This document shows positions 37,365 through 46,703 of a stretch of DNA of 64,000 nt, piece by piece (the stretch's first letter is position 1; each line of letters opens with the position of its first letter). The stretch is from the NCBI RefSeq assembly GCF_945897465.1, contig NZ_CAMDFK010000005.1. One strand, 5' to 3'. This stretch comes from Limnohabitans sp. Rim8 (GTDB taxonomy: Bacteria > Pseudomonadota > Gammaproteobacteria > Burkholderiales > Burkholderiaceae_C). A program made the translations under genes and the position numbers. The notes beneath the pieces were generated by a model that made no database searches, was not told the DNA's origin, and saw nothing but the letters and a program-made list of their open reading frames with translations.

Positions 37365-38009
37365 TCAAGCTGCTTTAAGGGGCAATCCGATCAGCGCCGA
37401 CAACTCTGCCAGTTCCAGGCCATCGACCATGTCCATGACGACCAAACCTTGTGGCGTGCATGCCAACGTAGCCAGGTCGGTGTAGATGCGTTTGACACAG
37501 CCAATGCCGGTCAGCGGATAGCTGCAGGTCTGCACCAGTTTGCTTTGGCCTTGCTTGGTCAGCAGGTCCATCATCACCCAGGTTTTTTTGGCCCCAATGG
37601 CCAAGTCCATGGCGCCGCCCACCGCCGGAATGGCCCCGGGCTCGCCGGTGTGCCAGTTGGCCAAGTCACCCGTGGCGCTGACCTGGAAGGCCCCGAGCAC
37701 GCAAATGTCGAGGTGCCCGCCGCGCATCATGGCGAAGCTGTCGGCGTGGTGAAAAAATGCGCCGCCGGGCAGCAGGGTCACGGGTTGTTTGCCTGCATTG
37801 ATCAGGTCGTAATCCTCCAGCCCTTTGGCGGGTGCCGGGCCCATGCCCAGGATACCGTTTTCGCTGTGCAAAAGCACCTCGCGACTGGCCGGAATGTGGT
37901 TGGCCACCAAGGTGGGCTGACCGATGCCCAGATTGACAGTGGCCCCTTCGGGAATGTCTTGCGCCACGCGGGCGGCCAATTCGTCTTTGCTGCGCCTTGT
38001 GTAGCTCAT
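37365..38009 (-). CDS. scoB: 3-oxoacid CoA-transferase subunit B
   Basis: Catalytic Glu motif LHSENGILGMGP. Overlaps scoA by 4 nt. Confidence 0.9.
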   Translation of the reverse strand: MSYTRRSKDELAARVAQDIPEGATVNLGIGQPTLVANHIPASREVLLHSENGILGMGPAPAKGLEDYDLINAGKQPVTLLPGGAFFHHADSFAMMRGGHLDICVLGAFQVSATGDLANWHTGEPGAIPAVGGAMDLAIGAKKTWVMMDLLTKQGQSKLVQTCSYPLTGIGCVKRIYTDLATLACTPQGLVVMDMVDGLELAELSALIGLPLKAA

Positions 38010-38716
38010 GCCTTGATGCCTCCGGCCTGCGTGGCCACACGGTCGATCTTGACCACCGCCTGCACAAAAATACCAGGCGTCACCACCGCCTCAGGATCCA
38101 ACTCGCCCAGCGCCACTTGCTCGTGCACCGTGGCCACGGTTTTGCGCGCCGCCATGGCCATGATGGGGCCGAAGTTGCGCGCGGCCTTGCGGTAGGTCAG
38201 GTTGCCCCAGCGGTCACCCCGCTCGGCCTTGATCAAGGCCAGGTCGGCATGGATGGGTGTTTCGTACACGTACATGCGGCCATCGATCTCGCGGGTTTCT
38301 TTGGGCGTGCCATCGGCGTGTTTGGCCAACTCGGTGCCGAAGGCCGTGGGCGTGAAAAAGCCACCAATGCCCGCACCAGCGGCCCGAATGCGTTCGGCCA
38401 AATTGCCTTGGGGGACCAACTCCAGCTCGACCTGGCCCGAGCGGTAAAGGCCGTCAAACACATACGAGTCGGTCTGCCGAGGAAAACTGCAAATGATCTT
38501 GCGTACCCGACCTGCTTTGAGCAAAGCCGCCAGGCCCTGTTCAGCATTGCCCGCGTTGTTGTTGACCAGGGTCAGGTCGCGAGCACCTTGCGCCAACAGG
38601 CCCTCGATCAATTCATCGGGAATGCCTGCCGTGCCAAAGCCGCCAATCATGACGGTGGCCCCATCGGCCGTGCCCGCCAGCGCTTCGGCGACGGATGAAA
38701 CGAACTTGTTGATCAT
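38006..38716 (-). CDS. scoA: 3-oxoacid CoA-transferase subunit A
   Basis: The start MINKFVSSVAEALAG..DGATVMIGGFG..G.P is at 38716, with a GGGAG RBS. Confidence 0.9.
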   Translation of the reverse strand: MINKFVSSVAEALAGTADGATVMIGGFGTAGIPDELIEGLLAQGARDLTLVNNNAGNAEQGLAALLKAGRVRKIICSFPRQTDSYVFDGLYRSGQVELELVPQGNLAERIRAAGAGIGGFFTPTAFGTELAKHADGTPKETREIDGRMYVYETPIHADLALIKAERGDRWGNLTYRKAARNFGPIMAMAARKTVATVHEQVALGELDPEAVVTPGIFVQAVVKIDRVATQAGGIKA

Positions 38717-38847
38717 CTTGAATAGGCTCCCGATAAGCCCTTCAAGCTTAGCCTGCGAAGCCCTTGCATCCAACACCGATACGGCAGCATCCAGACACAT
38801 GGGCGACTTTGAGGGCCGTGCTCAGCCCCAAAGTCACTCAAGGTCGA

Positions 38848-39291
38848 TCAGTACTGCTTGTAAGGCAAGAACTTGCCCGACAGCACCACGTTCACGCGGT
38901 CGCCCTTGGGGTCGGGCTGGCGCACGATGTCCATGCTGAAGTCGATGGCGCTCATGATGCCGTCGCCAAACTCTTCGTGGATCAGTTCCTTGATGGTGGT
39001 GCCGTAGACGCTCACGATTTCGTACCAGCGGTAGATCAGCGGGTCGGTGGGCACTTGGCTGGGCAGCGAGCCTTTGTAGGGAACCACTTGCAGCCACTTG
39101 ATCTCTTCAGCCGTCAGGCCAAAGATCTTGCCGATGATTTTGGCTTGCTTGGCGTCAAAGGTCATTTGGCCCAGGCACCCGGCGGTGACCCATTCTTTGG
39201 ACAGGCCGACTTTCTCGGCAACGTCGCTCCACTTGATGCCTTTGGCCACTTTGGTGGAGATGATTTTTTCGGTGACTTCTAAACGGTTCAT
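38848..39291 (-). CDS. cynS: cyanate hydratase (cyanase)
   Basis: 147 aa, running from MNRLEVTEKIISTKVAKGIKWSDVAEKVG to the C-terminal catalytic domain SAIDFSMD..GDRV..LSGKFLPY. Confidence 0.92.
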   Translation of the reverse strand: MNRLEVTEKIISTKVAKGIKWSDVAEKVGLSKEWVTAGCLGQMTFDAKQAKIIGKIFGLTAEEIKWLQVVPYKGSLPSQVPTDPLIYRWYEIVSVYGTTIKELIHEEFGDGIMSAIDFSMDIVRQPDPKGDRVNVVLSGKFLPYKQY

Positions 39292-39337
39292 GAAAGACCT
39301 CTTGAGGGGAGTTGAAGATAAATCTGGAAAAAAAGAA

Positions 39338-40132
39338 TCAATGGGCTTTGGCGCGTGACACCAAAAAGTCAACGATGTGGTTGCGCATGTCGTAGTAGCC
39401 CGGCAGGTGATGCAGTTGGGCGCGTGTGCGCTCGCGCGGCAACGGGTTGACCACCACTTCGGCCAAACCACCGGGCACATAGCTGCCACCCGACTCGTTG
39501 CCGTTGCTCATGAGCAAGATGCGGTCGGACAGCAAAATCGCCTCGTCCACGTCGTGTGTGATCATGAACACCGTCTGCTGCGTCTGGCGCACGATGCCCA
39601 TCAGCTCGTCTTGGATGGTGCCGCGTGTGAGGGCATCGAGTGCGCCAAAAGGCTCGTCGAGCAAGAGCATCTTGGGCTGGATGGCAAAGGCACGGGCAAT
39701 GCCCACGCGCTGCTTCATGCCGCCCGACAGCTGGCTGGGTTTCTTGTCGATGGCGTGCAGCAAGCCGACCATGCCGACGTGCTTTTCTACATGCAGATTG
39801 ACCTGATGGGTCTTCCAATCGGGCCACTTGGACCGAACAGCAAACGCGATGTTTTGCCGCACCGTAAGCCATGGCATGAGCGCGTGGCTTTGGAACACCA
39901 CACCGCGCTCCAGGCTCGGGCCTGCGATCACTCGCCCGTCCATGAAGGCGTGGCCTTCAGTGGCCGTGTCCAGGCCCGCGAGCACGTTCAAGATGGTGGT
40001 CTTACCGCAGCCCGAGTGGCCGATGATGCAAACAAACTCGCCCTTGTCGATGGTGAAAGACACGTCCGAAAACACCGGCTTGTCGCTTTGGTAGGCCTTG
40101 CCCAGTTTTTCGATTTTGAGGAAAGCGTTCAT
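39338..40132 (-). CDS. NitT/TauT-family (nitrate/cyanate/sulfonate) ABC transporter ATP-binding protein
   Basis: Walker A GHSGCGKTT, signature LSGGMKQRV and Walker B LLLDEPFGALD. Start ATG at 40132 (MNAFLKIEKL), alternative at 40213. Confidence 0.85.
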   Translation of the reverse strand: MNAFLKIEKLGKAYQSDKPVFSDVSFTIDKGEFVCIIGHSGCGKTTILNVLAGLDTATEGHAFMDGRVIAGPSLERGVVFQSHALMPWLTVRQNIAFAVRSKWPDWKTHQVNLHVEKHVGMVGLLHAIDKKPSQLSGGMKQRVGIARAFAIQPKMLLLDEPFGALDALTRGTIQDELMGIVRQTQQTVFMITHDVDEAILLSDRILLMSNGNESGGSYVPGGLAEVVVNPLPRERTRAQLHHLPGYYDMRNHIVDFLVSRAKAH

Positions 40133-40202
40133 GGCTTGGGCCTTGGGTTGCGGGGCAAAAATTTCTGTGGGCAAAGGCGCGATCAGCTCGCGCTCGCTGG
40201 TG

Positions 40203-41069
40203 TCACTCCACATAGGTCACCGCCTTTTGCACCTGGGCAAACGCGAGGTCCAGCAACATGCCCACCACACCAATCACCAGCACTGCAAAAATCACATTCA
40301 CCAGCGACAGGTTGTTCCACTCGTTCCACACAAAGTAACCCACGCCCGTGCCGCCCACCAGCATCTCAGCGGCCACAATCACCAGCCACGCGATGCCCAT
40401 GCTGATGCGCATGCCGGTGACGATGGTGGGCGCTGCGGCGGGCAAGATGACCAAGAAGGCTTTGCGCAGCGGTTGCACTTCCAGCGTGCTGGCCACGTTG
40501 AGCCATTCGCGTTTGACTGCAGCCACACCAAAGGCGGTGTTGATGAGCATGGGCCAGACCGAGCAGATGAAGATGACAAAGATGCCACTGACCTCCGAGT
40601 CTTTGAGCGTGTAGAGCGCCAGCGGCATCCAGGCCAGTGGGCTGATGGGCTTGAGCACTTGGATGAAGGGGTCAAACGCTTTGCGCATGAGCGGTGACAT
40701 GCCAATCATGAAACCGACTGGCAGCGCCACCAACACGGCCAGGAAAAAGCCCAGCGCCACGCGCCCCAGCGAATGCCCCAGCTGGATGCCGATGCCTTTG
40801 TCGTTGGGGCCTTTGTCATAAAACGGATCGGCCAAATGCCCCAGCATGGCTTTGCCCACTTCCAAGGGCGGCGGAAAGCCTGTGGTTTTGACGGCCCCCG
40901 GGTCCTTGCCCATCATCTTCTGGTACTCGATCTCTTCGGCCGTCATGCCCGCCTTGGCCGCGCCTGCCACCGAGGGTGCGGTGGCTGAGAGCTGCCACGC
41001 TCCCAGAAAGACCAGGAACATGAGCAGCGAGACCAAGGCGGCCCGGGCATTGAGGTGCATGGTTTTCAT
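40203..41069 (-). CDS. NitT/TauT-family ABC transporter permease
   Basis: Polytopic, with the EAA-like loop and NrtB/CynB-like sequence. Confidence 0.85.
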   Translation of the reverse strand: MKTMHLNARAALVSLLMFLVFLGAWQLSATAPSVAGAAKAGMTAEEIEYQKMMGKDPGAVKTTGFPPPLEVGKAMLGHLADPFYDKGPNDKGIGIQLGHSLGRVALGFFLAVLVALPVGFMIGMSPLMRKAFDPFIQVLKPISPLAWMPLALYTLKDSEVSGIFVIFICSVWPMLINTAFGVAAVKREWLNVASTLEVQPLRKAFLVILPAAAPTIVTGMRISMGIAWLVIVAAEMLVGGTGVGYFVWNEWNNLSLVNVIFAVLVIGVVGMLLDLAFAQVQKAVTYVE

Positions 41070-41074
41070 CTGCC

Positions 41075-42481
41075 TTAGCCCATCTTGTTGATCGCAAAGC
41101 TCTTGAGGTAGGCGTCGGGCTTGGCCGGGTCAAACTCTTTGCCCATGATCTTGTACTTGGGGTAAGGCGTGGTGGCGGCAAAGTCGTGGCCGAGCTCCTT
41201 CATGTGCTTGCGGGCGTCAGTGATCAAGAACACCTTCTCTGCGATTTGTTTGTAGTTCACATCGCCCTTTACATAACCCCAGCGCTTCATTTGAGTGAGC
41301 ATCCACACCGCCATGCTTTGCCAAGGCATCGGGTCAAAGTCGGCGCGGTCGGGCACGTTTTGCACCTTGCCCAAGCCGTCAGCAAACTTGCCCGTGAGCA
41401 CTTGGGCAATCACCGCCTCGGGCTGGTTCAGGTACTGCGCTGGCGAGATGACTTTGGATATCAGCTCCCGGTTGCCGGGCTGACGAGCCATGGCCGCGGC
41501 CGTGAGCACCGCGCGGTACAACGCGGCAAATGTGTTGGGGTTCTTCTGGATGAACTCGGTGCTGGTACCAAAAGCGCAGCAAGGATGGCCATTCCACAAG
41601 TCTTTGGTCAGCACATGGATGAAGCCAACCTCGTCGTAAACCGCACGTTGGTTGAAAGGATCGGGTCCCAAGAAACCATCGATGTTGCCCGAGCGCAGGT
41701 TGGCCACCATCTCTGGTGGTGGCACCACGCGGATTTGCACATCGGTGTCGGGGTTGATGCCGTTTTCGGCCAGGTAGTAGCGCAGCAAGAAGTTGTGCAT
41801 CGAGTAATCAAAGGGCACGGCAAACTTGAAGCCCTTCCAGTTCTTCGGATCGCGGTTGTTCTTGTGCTTCATGGCCAGCGTGATGGCCTGGCCGTTGATG
41901 TTCTGGATAGTGGCCACGTTCATGGGCGTGGCGTTCGCGCCCAGACCCATGCTGATGGCCAGGGGCATGGGCGAGAGGAAGTGGGTCGCGTCGTATTCCT
42001 TGTTGATCATCTTGTCGCGGATCAAGGCCCAGCCTGCGGTCTTGGTCACTTCGACGTTCAGGCCTTGCTTTTGGTAAAAGCCCAGCGGCTCGGCCATGAT
42101 GAGCGGTGTAGCGCAGGTGATCGGGATAAAGCCGATCTTGAGGTTGGTTTTTTCCAAGGGGCCTTTGCTTTGGGCCAAGGCTTGCAAGCTGGCCACAGGC
42201 AACACACTGGCGATGGCGGCCATGGCCGTTTTCTTGCCCACCGCACGCAAGAACATGCGGCGCTCTTGGTCCTGTGGAAACAAGGCCTTGACCAAGGTGG
42301 CTTCGATGAATTCCTGGCTGTAGGCTTCAAACTCGGCGGTCTCGGAACGGGCACGCAGCTGGGCGGCGGCGGCATCGGCGGCCACCTCGGCGTGGTGGTC
42401 GGCTGGCGAATGATCACGTCCGCAGCTGCACTTGAGCATCAGGGGGCGGTCGGCGTTGTACGGGTCAAAAAATTCAGACAT
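41075..42481 (-). CDS. CmpA/NrtA-family ABC transporter substrate-binding protein (nitrate/cyanate type)
   Basis: NrtA-like body (LKIGFIPITCATPL, HPCCAF). A Tat-like RRMFLRAVG motif is preceded by an N-terminal extension of about 80 aa that contains CSCGRDHSPADHH. Start ATG at 42481. Confidence 0.85.
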   Translation of the reverse strand: MSEFFDPYNADRPLMLKCSCGRDHSPADHHAEVAADAAAAQLRARSETAEFEAYSQEFIEATLVKALFPQDQERRMFLRAVGKKTAMAAIASVLPVASLQALAQSKGPLEKTNLKIGFIPITCATPLIMAEPLGFYQKQGLNVEVTKTAGWALIRDKMINKEYDATHFLSPMPLAISMGLGANATPMNVATIQNINGQAITLAMKHKNNRDPKNWKGFKFAVPFDYSMHNFLLRYYLAENGINPDTDVQIRVVPPPEMVANLRSGNIDGFLGPDPFNQRAVYDEVGFIHVLTKDLWNGHPCCAFGTSTEFIQKNPNTFAALYRAVLTAAAMARQPGNRELISKVISPAQYLNQPEAVIAQVLTGKFADGLGKVQNVPDRADFDPMPWQSMAVWMLTQMKRWGYVKGDVNYKQIAEKVFLITDARKHMKELGHDFAATTPYPKYKIMGKEFDPAKPDAYLKSFAINKMG

Positions 42482-42596
42482 GGCAACCTCGCTTTGTTGA
42501 AGATGCGCATATCTATGCAAGCTGTGGGCCAGAAAACCTTGGTAACGGGCCATCGGGAGGGCGCATCTTCATTTCGCGAAGCACTTGTCGATGCGG

Positions 42597-42614
42597 TGTA
42601 GGGCTGGCCCTACA
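42597..42614. promoter_or_regulatory. perfect palindrome TGTAGGGC-TG-GCCCTACA in the cyn-transporter promoter region
   Basis: Read directly. It lies between the response-regulator stop (42643) and the transporter start (42481). It is a candidate site for the adjacent LuxR-type regulator, or part of a terminator. Confidence 0.3.
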
Positions 42615-42642
42615 AAATCCACGACCAAGCCCTGTCAGGGCT

Positions 42643-43311
42643 TCAGCCGAAGGTGCTGCTTTGGCCCCCGCTGAGGCTTTGCGCATACAAAGCCAGCTCC
42701 ACATCGTTCTTGGTGCCGGTCTTTTCCAAGATGCGTGCACGGTAAGTGCTCACGGTGTTGGGGGCCAGACTCAGTTGCGCACCAATTTCGCTCACGCTGT
42801 GGCCTTGGGTTAACAAAAGATAGACCTGGTGCTCGCGGTGCGAGAGCTGTTCAATCCCGCTTTTGGTGCGGCCCTGGCTCACCAAGCTGGCCAGCGCCTC
42901 TGCGGTGGTGGGCGAGACGTGCACGCCGCCCGCCGCCACACGGCGCAAGGCTGCCACCAGGGCATCGGTGTCGGTGCTTTTGTTCAGATAACCCGATGCA
43001 CCCAGCTGAATACAGCGCACCGCGTATTGTTTTTCCGGGTAGGTGCTGAGCATGAGCACCGGCAGGCCGGGCCAGTCGCGACGCAGGTTTTGCAACACGT
43101 TCAGGCCGTCCATGCCGGGCATGGCGATGTCGAGCAGCACCACATCCACGCCTTGCGGGCCCTGAAGCGACTGCACCAACTCCAGAACGCCGGGACCGCT
43201 ATCGGCCTCGGCCACCACCATCAAGCCCGGGTCGTCGGCCAGCACCATTTTCAGCCCTTCTCGCACAATCTTGTGGTCGTCGCACAGAAGCACACGCACG
43301 GCGTCCTTCAT
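42643..43311 (-). CDS. NarL/FixJ-family response regulator (REC + LuxR-type HTH)
   Basis: Start MKDAVRVLLCDDHKIVREGL, phospho-acceptor region VVLLDIAMPGMDG, and HTH LSHREHQVYLLLTQGHSVSEIGAQLSLAPNTVSTYR. The ATG overlaps the kinase stop (ATGA). Confidence 0.85.
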   Translation of the reverse strand: MKDAVRVLLCDDHKIVREGLKMVLADDPGLMVVAEADSGPGVLELVQSLQGPQGVDVVLLDIAMPGMDGLNVLQNLRRDWPGLPVLMLSTYPEKQYAVRCIQLGASGYLNKSTDTDALVAALRRVAAGGVHVSPTTAEALASLVSQGRTKSGIEQLSHREHQVYLLLTQGHSVSEIGAQLSLAPNTVSTYRARILEKTGTKNDVELALYAQSLSGGQSSTFG

Positions 43312-44582
43312 GGCGTGGCCTCCCAGTTGGGCAAGGGCATGGACAGCCGCATGCGGGTGCCCCGGCCGGGTTGGCTGTCCACGTCGATCACACCGCCAAA
43401 GTGCCGTGCCCGCTCGCGCATGCCCATGATGCCGTAGGCCTGCGCCGACTCGAAGACCTTCGCCTCGGCCCCGCAACCGTCGTCTTCCACCGACAGGTGC
43501 AACCAACCTTCGCGTTCCACGATGTCCACATCCACCGTGCGGGCGCGGGCGTGACGCCCCACATTGCTGAGCATCTCCTGAAAAATGCGGAACACCGCCA
43601 TGGCCATGGGCTCGGGCAAGACGCGTTGCACGTTCACGTCCATACACCACTTGAGCTCTTGCTCGGCCGACTGCACAAACTCCTGCGCCTGCCACGCCAG
43701 GGCGTCCCACAAGCCTTGGTGGTCCAGGATGCTGGGGCGCAGGTCGGTGATGATGCGGCCCACATTGACCACCGCGTTCTCGATCAGGCGGCTCATGTTA
43801 TGGCACTTGCCCCTCATCTTCTCGCGCATGGCTTGCGCCTCAACGGCCGCCCGCTGCTCCTGCTCGGACAAGCGCTTGTCAAGCCAGCCCACATCCATCT
43901 TGAGCGCCACCAGCAGGCTGCCCAGCTCGTCGTGCACCTCGCGGGCGATGCGGGTGCGCTCTTCTTCGCGCACCGCCTCGGACCAAGCGGCCAGCTCGCG
44001 CAGTTGCTGCAAGGCCGTTTCGAGCGCCTGGGTGCGTTCAGACACGCGCTGCTCCAGCTCGGTCTTGGCCTGGTGCAAGGCGTCCTGGGCCTGCTTGCGC
44101 TCGGTGATGTCCACAAAGGTCACCACCGCACCACGCACCTGGCCTTGGTCGAACACCGGGTAGCTGGAATACTCCACCGGGAAGCTGCTGCCGCCCGCGC
44201 GCCAGAACACCTCGCTGTCGATGCGGCAGGGCTGGCCTTGGCGAAAGGCGTTGTAGATCGGGCAGTCTTCCATCGGGTAATGCGTGCCATCCCCGTGCGA
44301 ATGGTGGGTGAGCACATGCATGTTCTGGCCCAGCACCTGCTCAGGCTCCAGGCCGATCATGCGGGCCCCGGCCGGATTGATGAAGACACACAGGCCGTCC
44401 AAGTCGACCCCAAAAACTCCTTCTCCGGTGGAGGCCAACATCAGGCCCAAGGGGTCGCGCCAGGCTTCGGCAACGCCTATGGCGCCATTGATCGCAGGTT
44501 GCAAAGGGGGGCAAGCACAGTTCATGGTCTTCACATGCAAGGCTTGTGCCATGCATTCGGACAATTCGGCTTTTTGCGCCAT
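43308..44582 (-). CDS. soluble PAS-domain sensor histidine kinase (HisKA_3/NarX-type)
   Basis: H-box IAREVHDELGSLL and ATPase motifs GIMGMRERA and DDGCG, with an N-terminal PAS region and no TM segments. First ATG at 44582; a TTG at 44630 is possible. Confidence 0.8.
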   Translation of the reverse strand: MAQKAELSECMAQALHVKTMNCACPPLQPAINGAIGVAEAWRDPLGLMLASTGEGVFGVDLDGLCVFINPAGARMIGLEPEQVLGQNMHVLTHHSHGDGTHYPMEDCPIYNAFRQGQPCRIDSEVFWRAGGSSFPVEYSSYPVFDQGQVRGAVVTFVDITERKQAQDALHQAKTELEQRVSERTQALETALQQLRELAAWSEAVREEERTRIAREVHDELGSLLVALKMDVGWLDKRLSEQEQRAAVEAQAMREKMRGKCHNMSRLIENAVVNVGRIITDLRPSILDHQGLWDALAWQAQEFVQSAEQELKWCMDVNVQRVLPEPMAMAVFRIFQEMLSNVGRHARARTVDVDIVEREGWLHLSVEDDGCGAEAKVFESAQAYGIMGMRERARHFGGVIDVDSQPGRGTRMRLSMPLPNWEATP

Positions 44583-44665
44583 GGGCTTTGTCGCCTGGGC
44601 ACCACCCCCACAGTGGGCTGAGCCTGACAATGGAGGCTCTTGAATGATGTTTGACTGCTGATTGG

Positions 44666-45415
44666 ATGGCCATGACCCCAGTACCTGCTGCGCTGCTGCA
44701 AGGCGCTTCGAACTTTCGCGATGTCGGTGGCTACCTCAACACCCAGGGCCGCCGCGTTCGGCGCGGTCAGGTGTTCCGCTCAGACCATTTGGCGGGATTG
44801 ACGGGTGAAGACATGCTGCGCTTGCAATCGCTGGGCATTGGCCACAGTCTGGACTTTCGGGGCGTGAACGAATGCGCCACAACGCCCTACGCCATCCCCG
44901 GCGTGGAGCGCGTGGCGCTCACCATCGAGCCCACCGTGATCGCCCGCATGCAGGCGCTGGTGGCGCAAGGCGTGGTGCCCACCACCGAGGAAACCGTGGA
45001 CCTGATGCGCGAAACCTACCGCGATTTTGTGAACCACAACGCGGCCACCTTCGGTCGATTTTTAAAACACCTGTTGGAAAAACCCACACCCCAAGTGTTT
45101 CACTGCACCGCAGGCAAGGACCGAACGGGTTTTGCAGCGGCGCTGCTGCTGTCGGCCCTGGAGGTGGACCGGGCGACCATCGAGCACGATTACCTGCTCA
45201 CCAACCAACTCTACAAACGCGATGTCCGGCTCGAAGGCCAGGGCCACCCGCATGTGATGCAGGTGCTGTGGCAAGTGCAGCCCGAGTTTTTGCATGCGGC
45301 GTTTGAGGCTGTCGATGCGCAGCATGGCGGCATGCGGGACTACTTGCACGGAGCCATTGGCCTGAGCACCCAAGAGTTGAGCGCATTGCAACAACTTTTT
45401 CTAGAAAAGGGCTAA
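44666..45415 (+). CDS. protein-tyrosine phosphatase family protein
   Basis: The CX5R active site HCTAGKDRTG is present. The N-terminal NFRDVGG is typical of the bacterial Tyr-phosphatase-like family. Confidence 0.8.
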   Translation: MAMTPVPAALLQGASNFRDVGGYLNTQGRRVRRGQVFRSDHLAGLTGEDMLRLQSLGIGHSLDFRGVNECATTPYAIPGVERVALTIEPTVIARMQALVAQGVVPTTEETVDLMRETYRDFVNHNAATFGRFLKHLLEKPTPQVFHCTAGKDRTGFAAALLLSALEVDRATIEHDYLLTNQLYKRDVRLEGQGHPHVMQVLWQVQPEFLHAAFEAVDAQHGGMRDYLHGAIGLSTQELSALQQLFLEKG

Positions 45416-45632
45416 GTTGACCCACCGCCAGTGCGTGGCCCTGTAAAAACGCAGCAGTCTATGGATCGCTTCGTACCTCGCGATGACTGATGTAACGTCA
45501 CTGCGAGGAGCGCAGCGACGCGGCAGGCCATAGAGGGCTCGTGCCTCTCAATGACTGGCAAGAGGGGATCAAACGCCTGGAGCCCCTGAATGACAAGTCC
45601 CAAGAATTAACTTCACACCAATCAAACCCGAT

Positions 45633-46679
45633 TCACGCAGCCTCTCTGTAAAAGAAGCCCCCATGCACGTTGCGCGGCGCCAGGGGCGCCACGGCACGGC
45701 CGATGGCACCGATGTGGTCGGGCGTGGTGCCGCAGCAGCCACCCACAATGTTGACCAGGCCTTCGGCCGCAAACTCGTGCAGCAGACGGCTGGTGACCTC
45801 GGGGGTTTCGTCAAAGCCGGTGTCGCTCATGGGGTTGGGCAGACCGGCGTTAGGGTAGCAGCTGATGAAGGTGTCGCCCGCCACTTTGTTGAGCTCCTGA
45901 ATGTAAGGGCGCATCAAGGTCGCGCCCAAGGCGCAGTTCAGGCCAATGGCCAGCGGCTGCGCGTGCCGTACACTGTGCCAGAAAGCGGTCACGGTCTGGC
46001 CGCTCAAAATCCGGCCTGAAGCGTCGGTCACGGTGCCGCTGATGATGAGGGGCAGGCGCTCGCCGCTGGCATCAAAAAATTCTTCAATGGCAAACAACGC
46101 GGCCTTGGCGTTGAGCGTGTCAAAAATCGTCTCGACCAACAGCACGTCTGAGCCGCCTTCAACCAGGGCTTCGACCTGCTCGTAATAAGCGGCACGCAGC
46201 TCTTCAAAGTTCACATTGCGGGCACCTGCGTCGTTCACGTCGGGGCTGATGCTGGCGGTTTTGGGCGTGGGGCCCAAAGCGCCCACCACAAAGCGGGGTT
46301 TGTCGGGGGTGGAGAACTTGTCACAGGCAGCTCGGGCCAATTTGGCCGATTGCAGGTTCATCTCGCGGGCCAGGTCCTGCATGTCGTAGTCGGCCTGGGC
46401 TATTGATGTCGCACCAAAGGTGTTGGTCTCGATCAGGTCGGCCCCGGCCGCCAAGTAGCCTTCATGGATGTCGCGGATCACGTCGGGTCGGGTCAGACTG
46501 AGCAATTCATTGTTGCCCTTAACGTCTTTGGGGAAGTCCTTGAACCGCTCGCCCCGGTAGTCGGCCTCGGACAATTTGAAGCGCTGGATCATGGTGCCCA
46601 TGGCCCCATCGAGGATGGCGATGCGGGTGTTCAGGATCTCGGGCAGCGCTTGGGCGCGGGTGTAAACAGGGTTCTTCAT
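45633..46679 (-). CDS. homocysteine S-methyltransferase domain protein (stand-alone N-terminal module of split methionine synthase)
   Basis: [11 protein letters not shown], then Zn ligands in LNCALG and [11 protein letters not shown]. The 348 aa correspond to the MetH Hcy-binding domain only. Confidence 0.85.
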   Translation of the reverse strand: MKNPVYTRAQALPEILNTRIAILDGAMGTMIQRFKLSEADYRGERFKDFPKDVKGNNELLSLTRPDVIRDIHEGYLAAGADLIETNTFGATSIAQADYDMQDLAREMNLQSAKLARAACDKFSTPDKPRFVVGALGPTPKTASISPDVNDAGARNVNFEELRAAYYEQVEALVEGGSDVLLVETIFDTLNAKAALFAIEEFFDASGERLPLIISGTVTDASGRILSGQTVTAFWHSVRHAQPLAIGLNCALGATLMRPYIQELNKVAGDTFISCYPNAGLPNPMSDTGFDETPEVTSRLLHEFAAEGLVNIVGGCCGTTPDHIGAIGRAVAPLAPRNVHGGFFYREAA

Positions 46680-46703
46680 GCCCCTATTGTAAAAGTGCGG
46701 GCT

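Noticed and set aside
41186-42601. 471-aa plus-strand ORF opposite the NrtA-like binding-protein gene. The same applies to 43371-44621 opposite the kinase, 2932-4209 opposite cysN, and 62576-63457 opposite the MFS gene.
   Set aside because: All of these are antisense to genes with strong family signatures. They show the composition expected from reading high-G+C coding DNA backwards, and none has a plausible RBS or motif.
45496-45545. Possible SAH riboswitch. GAGGAGCGCAGCGAC...CAGGCC resembles the 5' half of the SAH element that often precedes metH or ahcY in betaproteobacteria.
   Set aside because: It lies on the plus strand with no downstream plus-strand gene; it points into the 3' end of the minus-strand metH-domain gene. 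I could not find the conserved 3' segment (AACGGCGCUC-like). At most it is a decayed remnant, and an Infernal scan would settle it.
45461-45590. CRISPR-like pattern: a ~28-nt repeat, a ~40-nt spacer, then the repeat again
   Set aside because: There are only two copies, with many mismatches and an indel. No cas genes are present, and a third unit is limited to the ATGAC pentamer. It does not meet any reasonable CRISPR criterion.
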